From contig NZ_LN831039.1 of NCBI RefSeq assembly GCF_001457595.1, positions 3,750,001-3,782,000 on the forward strand: a stretch of DNA of 32,000 bases, given 5' to 3'. Source of the stretch: Mycolicibacterium smegmatis (GTDB taxonomy: Bacteria > Actinomycetota > Actinomycetes > Mycobacteriales > Mycobacteriaceae). Both the position numbers and the translations under genes were made by a program. Under the pieces are notes generated by a model. That model was not told the DNA's origin. It did no database searches and saw nothing but the letters and a program-made list of their open reading frames with translations. Shown one piece after another: positions 1-11,488 of the stretch (position 1 is the first letter of the stretch; every line of letters begins with the position of its first letter).

Positions 1-1135
1 TCACGACCTCGCCGATGCGGCCCATGGCCTGCGCGTCACTGCCGATCATCGAGATGGCCCCGATGTCGTGCAGCAGGTCCTCGGCCGCGATGGTCGACGG
101 CCTGATGCGGCTCTCGGCGAACGCGAGATCCTCTGGCACACTGGGTTTCAGGTGATGGCAGACCATCAGCATGTCCAGGTGCTCGTCGAGGGTGTTGACG
201 GTGTGCGGCCGGGTCGGGTTGGTGGAGCTTGGCAGCACGTTGGGATGGCCCGCCACCGTGATGATGTCCGGCGCGTGCCCGCCGCCGGCACCCTCGGTGT
301 GGTAGGCGTGGATCGAGCGGCCGCCGATGGCGGCCAGGGTGTCCTCGACAAAGCCCATCTCGTTGAGCGTGTCGGTGTGGATGGCCGCCTGCACGCCTGC
401 GACGTCGCACACCGTAAGGCACGCATCGATGGCCGCCGGGGTGGTGCCCCAATCCTCGTGGAGCTTGAAACCCGCTGCGCCGCCGCGCAACTGCTCCCAC
501 ATCGAGTCGGCGCTGACGGTGTTGCCCTTGCCCAGCAGCACGATGTTCATGGGCCAGGAGTCCAGGGACTCGAGCATGCGCGCCAGATGCCATGCGCCCG
601 GCGTGACCGTGGTGGCCTTGGTGCCCTCGGCCGGGCCGGTGCCGCCGCCGATGATCGTGGTGATGCCGCCGCCGAGCGCCTCGTCCATGATCTGCGGGCA
701 GATCAGGTGCACGTGGCAGTCGATGGCACCCGCGGTGAGGATGCGACCGTTGCCCGCGATGATCTCGGTGGACGGGCCGACCACCAGATCGGGGTGCACG
801 CCCGACATGATGTCGGGGTTGCCCGCCTTGCCGATCGCAACGATCCGGCCGTCGCGGATCCCGATGTCGGCCTTGATGATCCCCCAGTGGTCGAGGATCA
901 CCGCTCCGGTGATGACGGTGTCGGGGGCGCCGTCGGCGCGGGTGGCCCGGCCCTGCCCCATGGACTCGCGCAACACCTTGCCGCCGCCGAACACGGCCTC
1001 GTCACCGGCGAGCTCCGGTCCGCCGCTGCGGTCCTCGGTGATCTCGATCAGCAGGTCGGTGTCGGCCAGCCGGATGCGGTCCCCGGTGGTGGGACCGAAC
1101 AGCGCGGCGTAGTTGCTCCGTGACAGTGCGGTCAT
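1..1135 (-). CDS. ureC: urease subunit alpha (UreC), first ~378 codons; 3' end runs off the window start
   Basis: Not in the ORF track because there is no in-window stop. Hand translation of the minus strand from ATG 1135 gives [39 protein letters not shown]... Urease active-site blocks are present: [44 protein letters not shown]. The ATG overlaps the ureB stop (TGATG). Confidence 0.96.
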   Translation of the reverse strand, partial: MTALSRSNYAALFGPTTGDRIRLADTDLLIEITEDRSGGPELAGDEAVFGGGKVLRESMGQGRATRADGAPDTVITGAVILDHWGIIKADIGIRDGRIVAIGKAGNPDIMSGVHPDLVVGPSTEIIAGNGRILTAGAIDCHVHLICPQIMDEALGGGITTIIGGGTGPAEGTKATTVTPGAWHLARMLESLDSWPMNIVLLGKGNTVSADSMWEQLRGGAAGFKLHEDWGTTPAAIDACLTVCDVAGVQAAIHTDTLNEMGFVEDTLAAIGGRSIHAYHTEGAGGGHAPDIITVAGHPNVLPSSTNPTRPHTVNTLDEHLDMLMVCHHLKPSVPEDLAFAESRIRPSTIAAEDLLHDIGAISMIGSDAQAMGRIGEVV

Positions 1136-1464
1136 CAGCCGTCCAGCCTCCCTGGTGGATTGATGCTCAGGCCGTACACCTCACGGGTGCCGCGCAGCGG
1201 CACCAGCGTGACGCGCTGTGCCACACCGGGTTCGAACCGCACCGCGGTGCCTGCGGGGATGTCGAGACGGTGGCCGTGCGCGGCCGTGCGGTCGAACTCC
1301 AGCGCCGAGTTGGCCTGCGGGAGATGCACGTGGCTACCGACCTGCACGGGCCGGTCGCCGGCGTTGACCACGTCGAGCGTCAGACGCGGTGCGCCCGCAT
1401 TGATCTCGATGTCGCCTTCGCCGTGGAGGATCTCGCCGGGCACCACCGGTTCGCGTGACGTCAT
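1135..1464 (-). CDS. ureB: urease subunit beta (UreB)
   Basis: 109-aa [51 protein letters not shown]..., a typical UreB. It sits between ureA and ureC with 9-nt and 1-nt junctions. Confidence 0.96.
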   Translation of the reverse strand: MTSREPVVPGEILHGEGDIEINAGAPRLTLDVVNAGDRPVQVGSHVHLPQANSALEFDRTAAHGHRLDIPAGTAVRFEPGVAQRVTLVPLRGTREVYGLSINPPGRLDG

Positions 1465-1473
1465 GGCGGCCCC

Positions 1474-1776
1474 TCAGGCGATCGGCTGGTGGACGGTGAC
1501 GAGTTTGGTGCCGTCGGGGAACGTCGCCTCGACCTGGACGTCGTGCAGCATCTCCGGCACGCCGTCCATGACGTCGTCGCGGGTGAGCACACTGCGCCCG
1601 CTGACCATCAACTCGGCGACGGTGCGGCCGTCCCGTGCGCCCTCGAGCAGGTGATCGGTGATCACCGCGACGGCCTCGGGATGGTTGAGCCGCAGCCCTC
1701 TCGCCCGTCTGCGGCGGGCCAGTTCGGCGGCATACGAGATCAGCAAACGATCCTGTTCATGCGGGGTCAAGCGCAT
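1474..1776 (-). CDS. ureA: urease subunit gamma (UreA)
   Basis: The ORF contains [39 protein letters not shown]..., a canonical 100-aa UreA. I chose the ATG at 1776. The track ORF starts 6 codons earlier at 1794 (MAISPS), which is an alternative start. Confidence 0.92.
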   Translation of the reverse strand: MRLTPHEQDRLLISYAAELARRRRARGLRLNHPEAVAVITDHLLEGARDGRTVAELMVSGRSVLTRDDVMDGVPEMLHDVQVEATFPDGTKLVTVHQPIA

Positions 1777-1858
1777 AGACGGCGATATTGCCATGCCCCG
1801 GGGTGATCGGCAGCCTCAGCCGCGGAGGCAGTTCTCACACGGCCGGTCGGCGTGTCGG

Positions 1859-2266
1859 TCAGGACTCGGCCGGCATGTTCTGCAAGCGCACCTGTCCGCG
1901 CGCCACCGTGCGGCCGTCCTCGTCGGTGAGGGTGATGAGCCAGAGCTGCTGGCGGCGGCCCCGGTGGATCGGCGTCGACACCGCGGTGACCGTCCCCGAG
2001 CCGATCGCGCGGAGGAAGTCGGTGTTGTTGTTGACGCCGACGACAGTGCCGCCGCCGTTCTCGGACAGCCAGATATGGCCCGACACACTCGCGAGGCTCT
2101 CCACGATCGAGCAGTAGACGCCGCCGTGCACGATGCCCCACGGCTGCAGGAGCTTTTCGGTGATCTTCAGTTCGGCACGGCCGCCGTCGGGTCCCAGCTC
2201 GGTGTAGTTCAGGCCGATCTCGGAGTCGAAGCCCTTGCCGATCCCGGCGTTCACATCTGTCGTCAC
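1859..2266 (-). CDS. PaaI/4HBT-type hotdog-fold thioesterase (Rv1847-like)
   Basis: 135-aa ORF with the signature LLQPWGIVHGGVYCSIVESLAS typical of the PaaI/YbgC/4HBT hotdog family. GTG start at 2266. Its position next to the urease genes matches Rv1847. Confidence 0.85.
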   Translation of the reverse strand: MTTDVNAGIGKGFDSEIGLNYTELGPDGGRAELKITEKLLQPWGIVHGGVYCSIVESLASVSGHIWLSENGGGTVVGVNNNTDFLRAIGSGTVTAVSTPIHRGRRQQLWLITLTDEDGRTVARGQVRLQNMPAES

Positions 2267-2293
2267 AGTCTGTGTCTACACGGGCGCCGTACC

Positions 2294-2333
2294 AAAAGAT
2301 TCGGGCGGGTCCCGCTTGACGCGGGACCCGCCC
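2294..2333 (-). terminator. intrinsic terminator (13-bp perfect stem, 5-nt loop, U-tract on minus strand)
   Basis: GGGCGGGTCCCGC (2303-2315) and GCGGGACCCGCCC (2321-2333) form a perfect inverted repeat. The minus-strand RNA continues GAAUCUUUUGG. It lies downstream of both the FhuF-like gene and the putative sRNA. Confidence 0.75.
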
Positions 2334-2395
2334 TTCGAGTGGACCGGGGGTCTCTGCAGCCCTCAGGACTCCGGCTCGGTCCGTTGGCTCGATAC
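2294..2395 (-). ncRNA. mrsI: probable MrsI (ncRv11846)-like IdeR-repressed small RNA, ~100 nt; ends approximate
   Basis: No ORF. On the minus strand an iron box (2421..2403) overlaps a TATTAT -10 (2405..2400). The predicted TSS is near 2393-2396. There is an internal helix GGACCG...CGGTCC. The unit ends in a perfect 13-bp GC hairpin followed by CUUUU (2333..2294). Location and orientation (blaI side to thioesterase/urease) match the published MrsI locus between Rv1846c and Rv1847. Confidence 0.6.
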
Positions 2396-2402
2396 TTCGA
2401 TA

Positions 2403-2421
2403 ATAGGCAAGGCTTCCCTAA
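2403..2421 (-). promoter_or_regulatory. IdeR-type iron box overlapping a -10 hexamer (promoter of the putative sRNA)
   Basis: ATAGGCAAGGCTTCCCTAA matches the remembered IdeR consensus at 16/19 (TWAGGTWAGSCTWACCTWA) and 14/19 (TTAGGTTAGGCTAACCTAA). It overlaps the TAG stop (2418-2420) of the upstream gene and the minus-strand TATTAT at 2405..2400. Confidence 0.6.
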
Positions 2422-3191
2422 TTTAGCAAGACCTTGCCGGCACGGCTCTCCCCGCGGACCGGAAGACCGAACCCGACCAGCGCATCGAGCACCGCCTGAC
2501 CGCGGCGCATGCTCTCGGCCTCGCTCGAACCGGCCAGCAGCGGCACCTGGGTGGCCACGCCGACCACGGCCGCGCCGACCAGGTGCCACATCGCGGTGGT
2601 CGAGACCGCGCCCGCGCTGATCTCGGCGAGACGATCGAACAGCGGCGCGAGGGCCCGGTGGCTGCGGTGCGCGACCCACGTCGTGAGCGCGGCCTCGTTG
2701 GGCAGGGCGACGATGCCGCCGGAGGCCGAGTCGGCGATGCGACCGGACCCTCTGTGGGTGAAACAGGGATCAGACGGCAGCGCCCGCACGGTCGGATCGA
2801 CCACGCCCACCCAGTCGATGGCGCCTTCGGAGTCGACGTGCACCCAGAGGTTCTCCAGACCGGTGTCCCACGCGCGGCCCTCGAGGACCAACAGCGGAAT
2901 CACCCGGCCGATCACCACGTGAGCAAGCGTGGTGGCCAGTTGCTGCGCCACCGCGGGCCGGTTGCCGGTCTCGGCGATCCCGGCGTCGAACATCATCTGC
3001 AACCGGTTCGCGGTCAGCGCCTCGGCCAGCGGCCACCACCGCCGCCGTGACAGATCCCCCATGACGGCCACTCCGTAGACCCGCGGACATTCGGGGTACA
3101 GCTCACGCAGACGCCGACTGGATTCGTGCAGCGGCAGGGTCCGCTTGATGGCCATACCCGCGATCAGCGGGTCTTCGATCAGGACCGTCAT
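2418..3191 (-). CDS. conserved hypothetical protein, possibly FhuF-like ferric-siderophore reductase N-domain protein (function uncertain)
   Basis: 257-aa ORF with GGAGG 5 nt upstream of ATG 3191. Length and the hydrophobic core segment (..LAHVVIGRVIPLLVLEGRAWDTGLENLWVHVDSEGAIDWVGVVD..) resemble E. coli FhuF as I remember it. It has only 2 Cys and no C-terminal Cys cluster. An IdeR box sits on its promoter. Confidence 0.7.
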   Translation of the reverse strand: MTVLIEDPLIAGMAIKRTLPLHESSRRLRELYPECPRVYGVAVMGDLSRRRWWPLAEALTANRLQMMFDAGIAETGNRPAVAQQLATTLAHVVIGRVIPLLVLEGRAWDTGLENLWVHVDSEGAIDWVGVVDPTVRALPSDPCFTHRGSGRIADSASGGIVALPNEAALTTWVAHRSHRALAPLFDRLAEISAGAVSTTAMWHLVGAAVVGVATQVPLLAGSSEAESMRRGQAVLDALVGFGLPVRGESRAGKVLLN

Positions 3192-3219
3192 GTCACCTCC
3201 ACAGGCTCCCCATTGTCAG

Positions 3220-3238
3220 TTAGGTTAGCCTTACTATA
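3220..3238 (-). promoter_or_regulatory. IdeR-type iron box covering the -10 of the FhuF-like gene promoter
   Basis: TTAGGTTAGCCTTACTATA matches TWAGGTWAGSCTWACCTWA at 17/19, and the left half TTAGGTTAG is perfect. On the minus strand the box begins with TATAGT (3238..3233), a near-consensus -10, 42-47 nt upstream of ATG 3191. Confidence 0.6.
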
Positions 3239-3355
3239 GGCGTGCACGACGATGCAACCAGACGCTGTGACTGGATTCACAGCGGATACCAGGCTGGTCC
3301 TTGACCTTGAAATTGCGCCTCCACCGACACGGTTGAGCACATGCTCACCGTTGCA

Positions 3356-3386
3356 TACGACGCGCGGTAGTACGCCCGTAGTACGC
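3356..3386 (+). promoter_or_regulatory. candidate BlaI operator: dyad TACGAC-N5-GTAGTA plus a third GTAGTACGC half-site 11 bp downstream
   Basis: The sequence is caTACGACgcgcgGTAGTACGCccGTAGTACGCtgg, 31-61 nt upstream of the blaI ATG. GTAGTACGC is an exact 9-nt direct repeat at 3367 and 3378 (one helical turn apart). It overlaps a possible -10, TACGCT (3382-3387). BlaI/MecI-family repressors are autoregulatory and bind TAC-type dyads. Confidence 0.45.
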
Positions 3387-3416
3387 TGGCTTTACTTCTC
3401 AGGAGAGTGAAAGAAC

Positions 3417-3833
3417 ATGGCCAAATTGACGCGTCTTGGGGAGCTGGAGCGCGAGGTGATGGACCATCTCTGGTCAGCTCCCGAACCACAGACAGTGCGC
3501 CAAGTGCACGAGGCGCTGGCCGCCCGTCGCGACTTGGCCTATACGACGATCATGACGGTGCTGCAGCGCCTGGCGAAGAAGAACCTCGTCGTGCAGCACC
3601 GTGACGACCGCGCGCATCGGTACGCGCCCACCCACGGGCGCGACGAACTGGTCGCCGGGCTCATGGTCGACGCCCTCGACCAGGCCGCCGACTCCGGCAG
3701 CCGCCAGGCCGCGCTGGTCCATTTCGTGGAACGTGTCGGTGTCGACGAGGCCGCGGCGTTGCGCCGCGCCCTCGAGGAACTCGAGAGCAAGCAGCGGGTT
3801 CTGCCGCCGACTGGTAATTCAGGTACCGGCTGA
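3417..3833 (+). CDS. blaI: BlaI/MecI/CopY-family winged-helix transcriptional repressor
   Basis: 138-aa ORF MAKLTRLGELEREVMDHLWSAPEPQTVRQVHEALAARRDLAYTTIMTVLQRLAKKNLV..., the typical penicillinase-repressor fold sequence. AGGAG lies 11 nt upstream. A BlaR1-type M56 peptidase gene follows 14 nt later (Rv1846c/Rv1845c arrangement). Confidence 0.93.
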   Translation: MAKLTRLGELEREVMDHLWSAPEPQTVRQVHEALAARRDLAYTTIMTVLQRLAKKNLVVQHRDDRAHRYAPTHGRDELVAGLMVDALDQAADSGSRQAALVHFVERVGVDEAAALRRALEELESKQRVLPPTGNSGTG

Positions 3834-3847
3834 GGGACACTAACCGC

Positions 3848-4804
3848 GTGTCCGCGCTGGCCTTCACTCTCGTAGCGCTGGCGCTGGTTGGACCAGTGCC
3901 TGCGATGCTGGCGCGGGCCTCGTGGCCGTTGCGGGCGCCACGCGCAGCAATCGTGTTGTGGCAGTCGATCGCCTTGGCTGCAGTGCTTTCGGCGTTCTCC
4001 GCAGGCATTGCCATCGCCAGCCGGCTGTTCGTCCCGGGCGCCGACGGCCGCCCCACCGCGACCATCACGAGTGAGATCGACGTCCTCGGCTGGCCACTGT
4101 GGCTGCTCTATGTCGTGGTGTTCAGCCTGACGTTGTTCATCGGCGCCCGGCTGTGCGTCGCGATCGTCCAGGTCGGCGTCGCCACGCGCCGCCGCCGCGC
4201 GCACCACCGCATGATGGTGGATCTGCTCAGCAAGTCGCGTGACGCGGTTCCCGCGCATTTGCGCACCCCCGCCAGCGGGCTGCGCATCCTCGACGTCGCC
4301 CAGCCGCTGGCCTACTGCCTGCCCGGTGTACGCAGCCGGGTGGTGGTCAGCGAGGGCACTCTCGACACCCTCTCGCCCGACGAGGTCGACGCGATCCTCA
4401 CCCACGAGCGGGCACATCTGCGGGCCCGGCACGATCTGGTGCTGGAGATGTTCACGGCCGTGCACGCCGCGTTCCCCCGGTTCGTCCGCAGCGCGAGCGC
4501 ACTCGATGCCGTGCGGTTGCTCATCGAACTTCTCGCCGACGACGCCGCCGTGCGGATCGCCGGCCCCACCCCCCTGGCCCGTGCGCTGGTCACGTGCGCC
4601 GCGGGACGTACCCCGTCGGGCGCGCTCGCCGCGGGCGGGCCCACCACGGTGATCCGGGTGCGCCGGCTCGGCGGGAAGCCGAACAGCCTCACGCTGTCGG
4701 TCATCGCCTATCTCGCGGCCGTGGCCATCCTGGTCGTCCCCACCGTCGCCGTGGCCGTTCCCTGGCTCACCGAATTGCACCGCCTGTTCTCGGGTCTGAC
4801 ATAA
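3848..4804 (+). CDS. blaR: BlaR1-like M56 zinc metalloprotease, membrane-bound, without penicillin-binding sensor domain
   Basis: 318-aa ORF with a GTG start and several TM segments. It carries the HExxH motif (LTHERAHLRARHD). It is short, with no C-terminal PBP/transpeptidase-like sensor, as in Rv1845c. Confidence 0.88.
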   Translation: MSALAFTLVALALVGPVPAMLARASWPLRAPRAAIVLWQSIALAAVLSAFSAGIAIASRLFVPGADGRPTATITSEIDVLGWPLWLLYVVVFSLTLFIGARLCVAIVQVGVATRRRRAHHRMMVDLLSKSRDAVPAHLRTPASGLRILDVAQPLAYCLPGVRSRVVVSEGTLDTLSPDEVDAILTHERAHLRARHDLVLEMFTAVHAAFPRFVRSASALDAVRLLIELLADDAAVRIAGPTPLARALVTCAAGRTPSGALAAGGPTTVIRVRRLGGKPNSLTLSVIAYLAAVAILVVPTVAVAVPWLTELHRLFSGLT

Positions 4805-4854
4805 ATCCGGCGTCCACGGGCGTTCATCTACAACAAAACAATGAAAGGCTCTGC

Positions 4855-8807
<3,953 letters not shown>

Positions 8808-8808
8808 G

Positions 8809-10362
8809 TCAGTCACTGCGCACCCCGGTCCGCCCGGCCGTCCACGCACCGAGCACCGCGGTCGGGATCGCCGCGAACACCAGCAGCGCCGCGGCGTAGG
8901 GCGCGGCTGCGGCGTAGTCACTCACCGCACTGTGCCCCCACAGTCTCGTGGCGAGGGTGTCGGTCCCGGTCGGGTGCAGCAGCAGCGTCACCGGCAACTC
9001 CTTCATACAGGTCAGCAGCACCAGCGCGGCCGCAGCAGCGATGCCCGGCACCGACAGCCGTGCCGTGACAGTGGTGAACGCCCGCAACGGGTTTCGGCCC
9101 AGCGACCGCGCCACCTCTTCGAGGCGCGCCGGCGTCGACTCGATCGCGGCACGCACGGACCCTACCGCCAGCGGGATCAGCAGCACCGCATACGCCAGGA
9201 TCAGCAGTGGTTCACGCTGGTAGAGCGGCCGCAAGACCAGCACGCCCAGCGACACCATCGAGATGCCGATGACGATGGCGGGCAGGCCGTGGGCGACGTA
9301 GCTCGCGCCTTCGAGCACGCGGGTCACCCGGTCGCGGTAACGCGCCGCGAGCACCCCGAGCGGCAGGGCCGCGAACGTGCACACGATCGCGGTGACGAAC
9401 GACAGCCACAGCGTCGCGGTCAGCGCGTCCACCCACTGCTGGGCATCCCAGCGAGCGCCCGCCGTGAGGAGCCACCGCACCAGGATCACCGTCGGCAACC
9501 CGATCGCCGCCATCAGCACGGCGATCGGCGCCACGAGCGCGGCCGGCCACCACCGACCCAAGCGGTTGAGCGGCGCCGGACGCGGTGTGCCACCGCCGAT
9601 CCGGGCCGCGGCGATGCCGCGGGCCCTGGCCTCGGCCGTCACCAGAAGCACCGCCAGCACCAGCAGCACGAGCGAGAGCACCGCGGCCCGTGAGGGATTG
9701 AACCCCGAGCGGTACGCGCCGTAGATCACCCACGTGAACGCCTCGTACCGCATGGCGGCCACGGCGCCGAAATCACTCAGCACGTACAGCGCGACCAGCA
9801 GCGCACCCGCCGTGATGGCCCCGCGGGCCTGCCGCAGCGTCACCCGGAACAGCACCGAGAACCCGCCGTGCCCGAGCGAGCGCGCGACCTCTTCCAGCGC
9901 GGGATCGACCCGCGACAGCGCGGCCATGGTCGTCAGGAACACCAGTGGATAGCTGACCAGCACCAGCACCAGGGCGGCACCCCAGAATCCGGCGACCTGC
10001 GGGTATGCCGAAACCCACAGGTACGCAAGGAGATAGCTGGGCATGGCCAGCGGCAGGGTGAGCACCACGGCCAGCACCCGTCGTCCCCGCAGATCGGTCC
10101 GTGACACCAACACGGCAAGCCCCACTCCGAGCACGACGCAGGCCGCGGTCACCAGCGCCACGAGCGCCAGCGACCGGCCCACCAGCGCGGCGGTACGCGG
10201 CTGGAAGAGCTCGTCGAACACGAAGGCCCAGCCGCGCTCGGCGGCGCGCTCCCCCAGGTACACCAGCGGCACCAGCGTCGCGAGTACGACCGCCGCGCCC
10301 GCTGCGACCAGCACCGCGGGCGCGCGCCGCCCCCCGCCGGTCGCCGAGAACGGGCGACTCAA
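8809..10362 (-). CDS. iron(III) ABC transporter permease, duplicated (two-module) FbpB-type
   Basis: 517-aa polytopic membrane ORF, with a length and twofold architecture typical of FbpB/AfuB. The TTG start overlaps the SBP stop (TTGA). Confidence 0.9.
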   Translation of the reverse strand: MSRPFSATGGGRRAPAVLVAAGAAVVLATLVPLVYLGERAAERGWAFVFDELFQPRTAALVGRSLALVALVTAACVVLGVGLAVLVSRTDLRGRRVLAVVLTLPLAMPSYLLAYLWVSAYPQVAGFWGAALVLVLVSYPLVFLTTMAALSRVDPALEEVARSLGHGGFSVLFRVTLRQARGAITAGALLVALYVLSDFGAVAAMRYEAFTWVIYGAYRSGFNPSRAAVLSLVLLVLAVLLVTAEARARGIAAARIGGGTPRPAPLNRLGRWWPAALVAPIAVLMAAIGLPTVILVRWLLTAGARWDAQQWVDALTATLWLSFVTAIVCTFAALPLGVLAARYRDRVTRVLEGASYVAHGLPAIVIGISMVSLGVLVLRPLYQREPLLILAYAVLLIPLAVGSVRAAIESTPARLEEVARSLGRNPLRAFTTVTARLSVPGIAAAAALVLLTCMKELPVTLLLHPTGTDTLATRLWGHSAVSDYAAAAPYAAALLVFAAIPTAVLGAWTAGRTGVRSD

Positions 10363-11399
10363 TTGGTCAGCAAGCCGGTCTCCACCAGCAGTTCCTGGGT
10401 GGCCTCGAGATCGGACAGCTGCGACAGATCCACCGCGGGCGGCTGCAGTTCACTCAGCTGCGGCATTTCGCCCGAGGGCTCGACGCCCTCGATCAACGGG
10501 TACTCCTTGGTCTCGCCCGCGAAGTACTCCTGAGCCGACTTGCCGATCAGGTACGACGCGAACGCCTGTGCGCCTTCGGGATTGGCGGCGGACTTGAGCA
10601 CGCCGACACCTGCCACGTTGATCAGCCCGCCCGGGTCGCCGGGCGCCATGAACTTGTTGCGGGCCTTGACGGCCTGCTCGCCTTTGGCGTCGACCAACTC
10701 GTACAGGTAGTAGTGGTTGACCACGCCCAGCGGGATCTGCCCGGCGTCGACGGCGTCGCGCACCGCGACGTTGTTCTCGTAGGGCTGCGGGTCCTGCGCC
10801 TTGAAGGCCTCGAGCCATTGCCGCGCACCGTCGTCGCCGCGGATGACGCGCAGACCGGTCACGAACGACTGCCACGAGGCATTGCTCGGCGCGAAACCGA
10901 TCTTGCCCTTCCACTCCGGCGCCAGCAGCCCGTCGATGGTGTCGGGCGGATTGGGCGCGATGTCGGGGTTGTAGACGAGGACGCGGGCCCGGCCCGAGAC
11001 CCCGAGCCAGCTCTTGTCGGCCGCCGAGAAGTTCGCGGGCACCGCGGCCATCGCCTCGTCGTTGATCGGCGCGAACAGGCCTGCCTCGCTGACGGCACCG
11101 AGCGCCCCGGCGTCCTGCGACAGGAACACGTCGGCGGGCGACTTGTCCCCCTCGGTGATCAATTGGGCGGCCAGTTCTCCCGAACCCGCATACCGGGTCT
11201 CCACCTCGATGCCGGTGTCGCTGGTGAATTTCTCGATCAGCGGTGCCACCAGGTTCTCGCTGCGCCCGGAGTACACCACGATCTTGTCGGCCGAATCGGC
11301 CTCGTCGGATCCGGATCCGCACGCACCGAGGGTGAGCGCGGCAGCAGCGGCGACCGTGGCCACGACGGCCACCGATCGCACGGAGTTGACCTTGGACAT
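10359..11399 (-). CDS. Fe3+ ABC transporter substrate-binding lipoprotein (FbpA/FutA/AfuA family)
   Basis: The signal peptide has a lipobox (AALTLGAC). Family blocks are present: KIVVYSGRSENLVAPLIEKFTSDTGIEV, SPADVFLSQDAG, and the NHYY tyrosine pair that ligates ferric iron in FbpA-type proteins. The start is ATG 11399; GTG 11408 or GTG 11438 are alternatives. Confidence 0.9.
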   Translation of the reverse strand: MSKVNSVRSVAVVATVAAAAALTLGACGSGSDEADSADKIVVYSGRSENLVAPLIEKFTSDTGIEVETRYAGSGELAAQLITEGDKSPADVFLSQDAGALGAVSEAGLFAPINDEAMAAVPANFSAADKSWLGVSGRARVLVYNPDIAPNPPDTIDGLLAPEWKGKIGFAPSNASWQSFVTGLRVIRGDDGARQWLEAFKAQDPQPYENNVAVRDAVDAGQIPLGVVNHYYLYELVDAKGEQAVKARNKFMAPGDPGGLINVAGVGVLKSAANPEGAQAFASYLIGKSAQEYFAGETKEYPLIEGVEPSGEMPQLSELQPPAVDLSQLSDLEATQELLVETGLLTN

Positions 11400-11469
11400 G
11401 AGCGACACCAGTGACCTGCTTTCAGCTCTGATCAGCACGAATGGATGAGCTTGAAGTTACCCGAGAGAA

Positions 11470-11488
11470 TGCTGTGAGGTAAACCTAA
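11470..11488 (-). promoter_or_regulatory. weaker IdeR-like iron box upstream of the Fe3+ ABC operon
   Basis: TGCTGTGAGGTAAACCTAA matches TTAGGTTAGGCTAACCTAA at 13/19, with the right half AACCTAA perfect. It lies 71-89 nt upstream of ATG 11399. On the minus strand it starts TTAGGTT, containing a TANNNT hexamer (TAGGTT). Confidence 0.35.

Noticed and set aside
36-1123. Track ORFs 36..593 (-), 68..1123 (+) and 327..1112 (+) in the first kilobase.
   Set aside because: The real gene here is ureC, in a different minus-strand frame that runs off the window edge and is therefore missing from the track. These ORFs have junk composition and overlap it completely.
3265-3282. Small inverted repeats in the blaI upstream region: CTGTGA-N6-TCACAG at 3265-3282 and GAGCA-ca-TGCTC at 3336-3347.
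   Set aside because: With 5-6 bp arms they are too short to distinguish from chance, and I can tie them to no known motif.
3277-3489. 70-aa minus-strand ORF across the blaI promoter and start, and the 86-aa ORF 23613..23873 (-) across the resR-like start.
   Set aside because: Both overlap better-supported genes and their regulatory regions, lack an SD, and show no protein-like features.
4594-4854. 87-codon N-terminal extension of the gnd ORF.
   Set aside because: It overlaps the 3' end of blaR in another frame and is Arg/Pro/Gly-rich. The conserved Gnd sequence and a GAAAGG SD begin at ATG 4855.
8808-8921. 38-codon N-terminal extension of the ABC ATPase ORF. Analogous extensions occur for garA (25768..25848), the SBP (11400..11438) and the unknown protein (13978..14247).
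   Set aside because: The extensions overlap the preceding gene or lack any SD, and they have non-protein-like composition. Conserved N-termini, SD sequences or stop-start coupling support the shorter forms.
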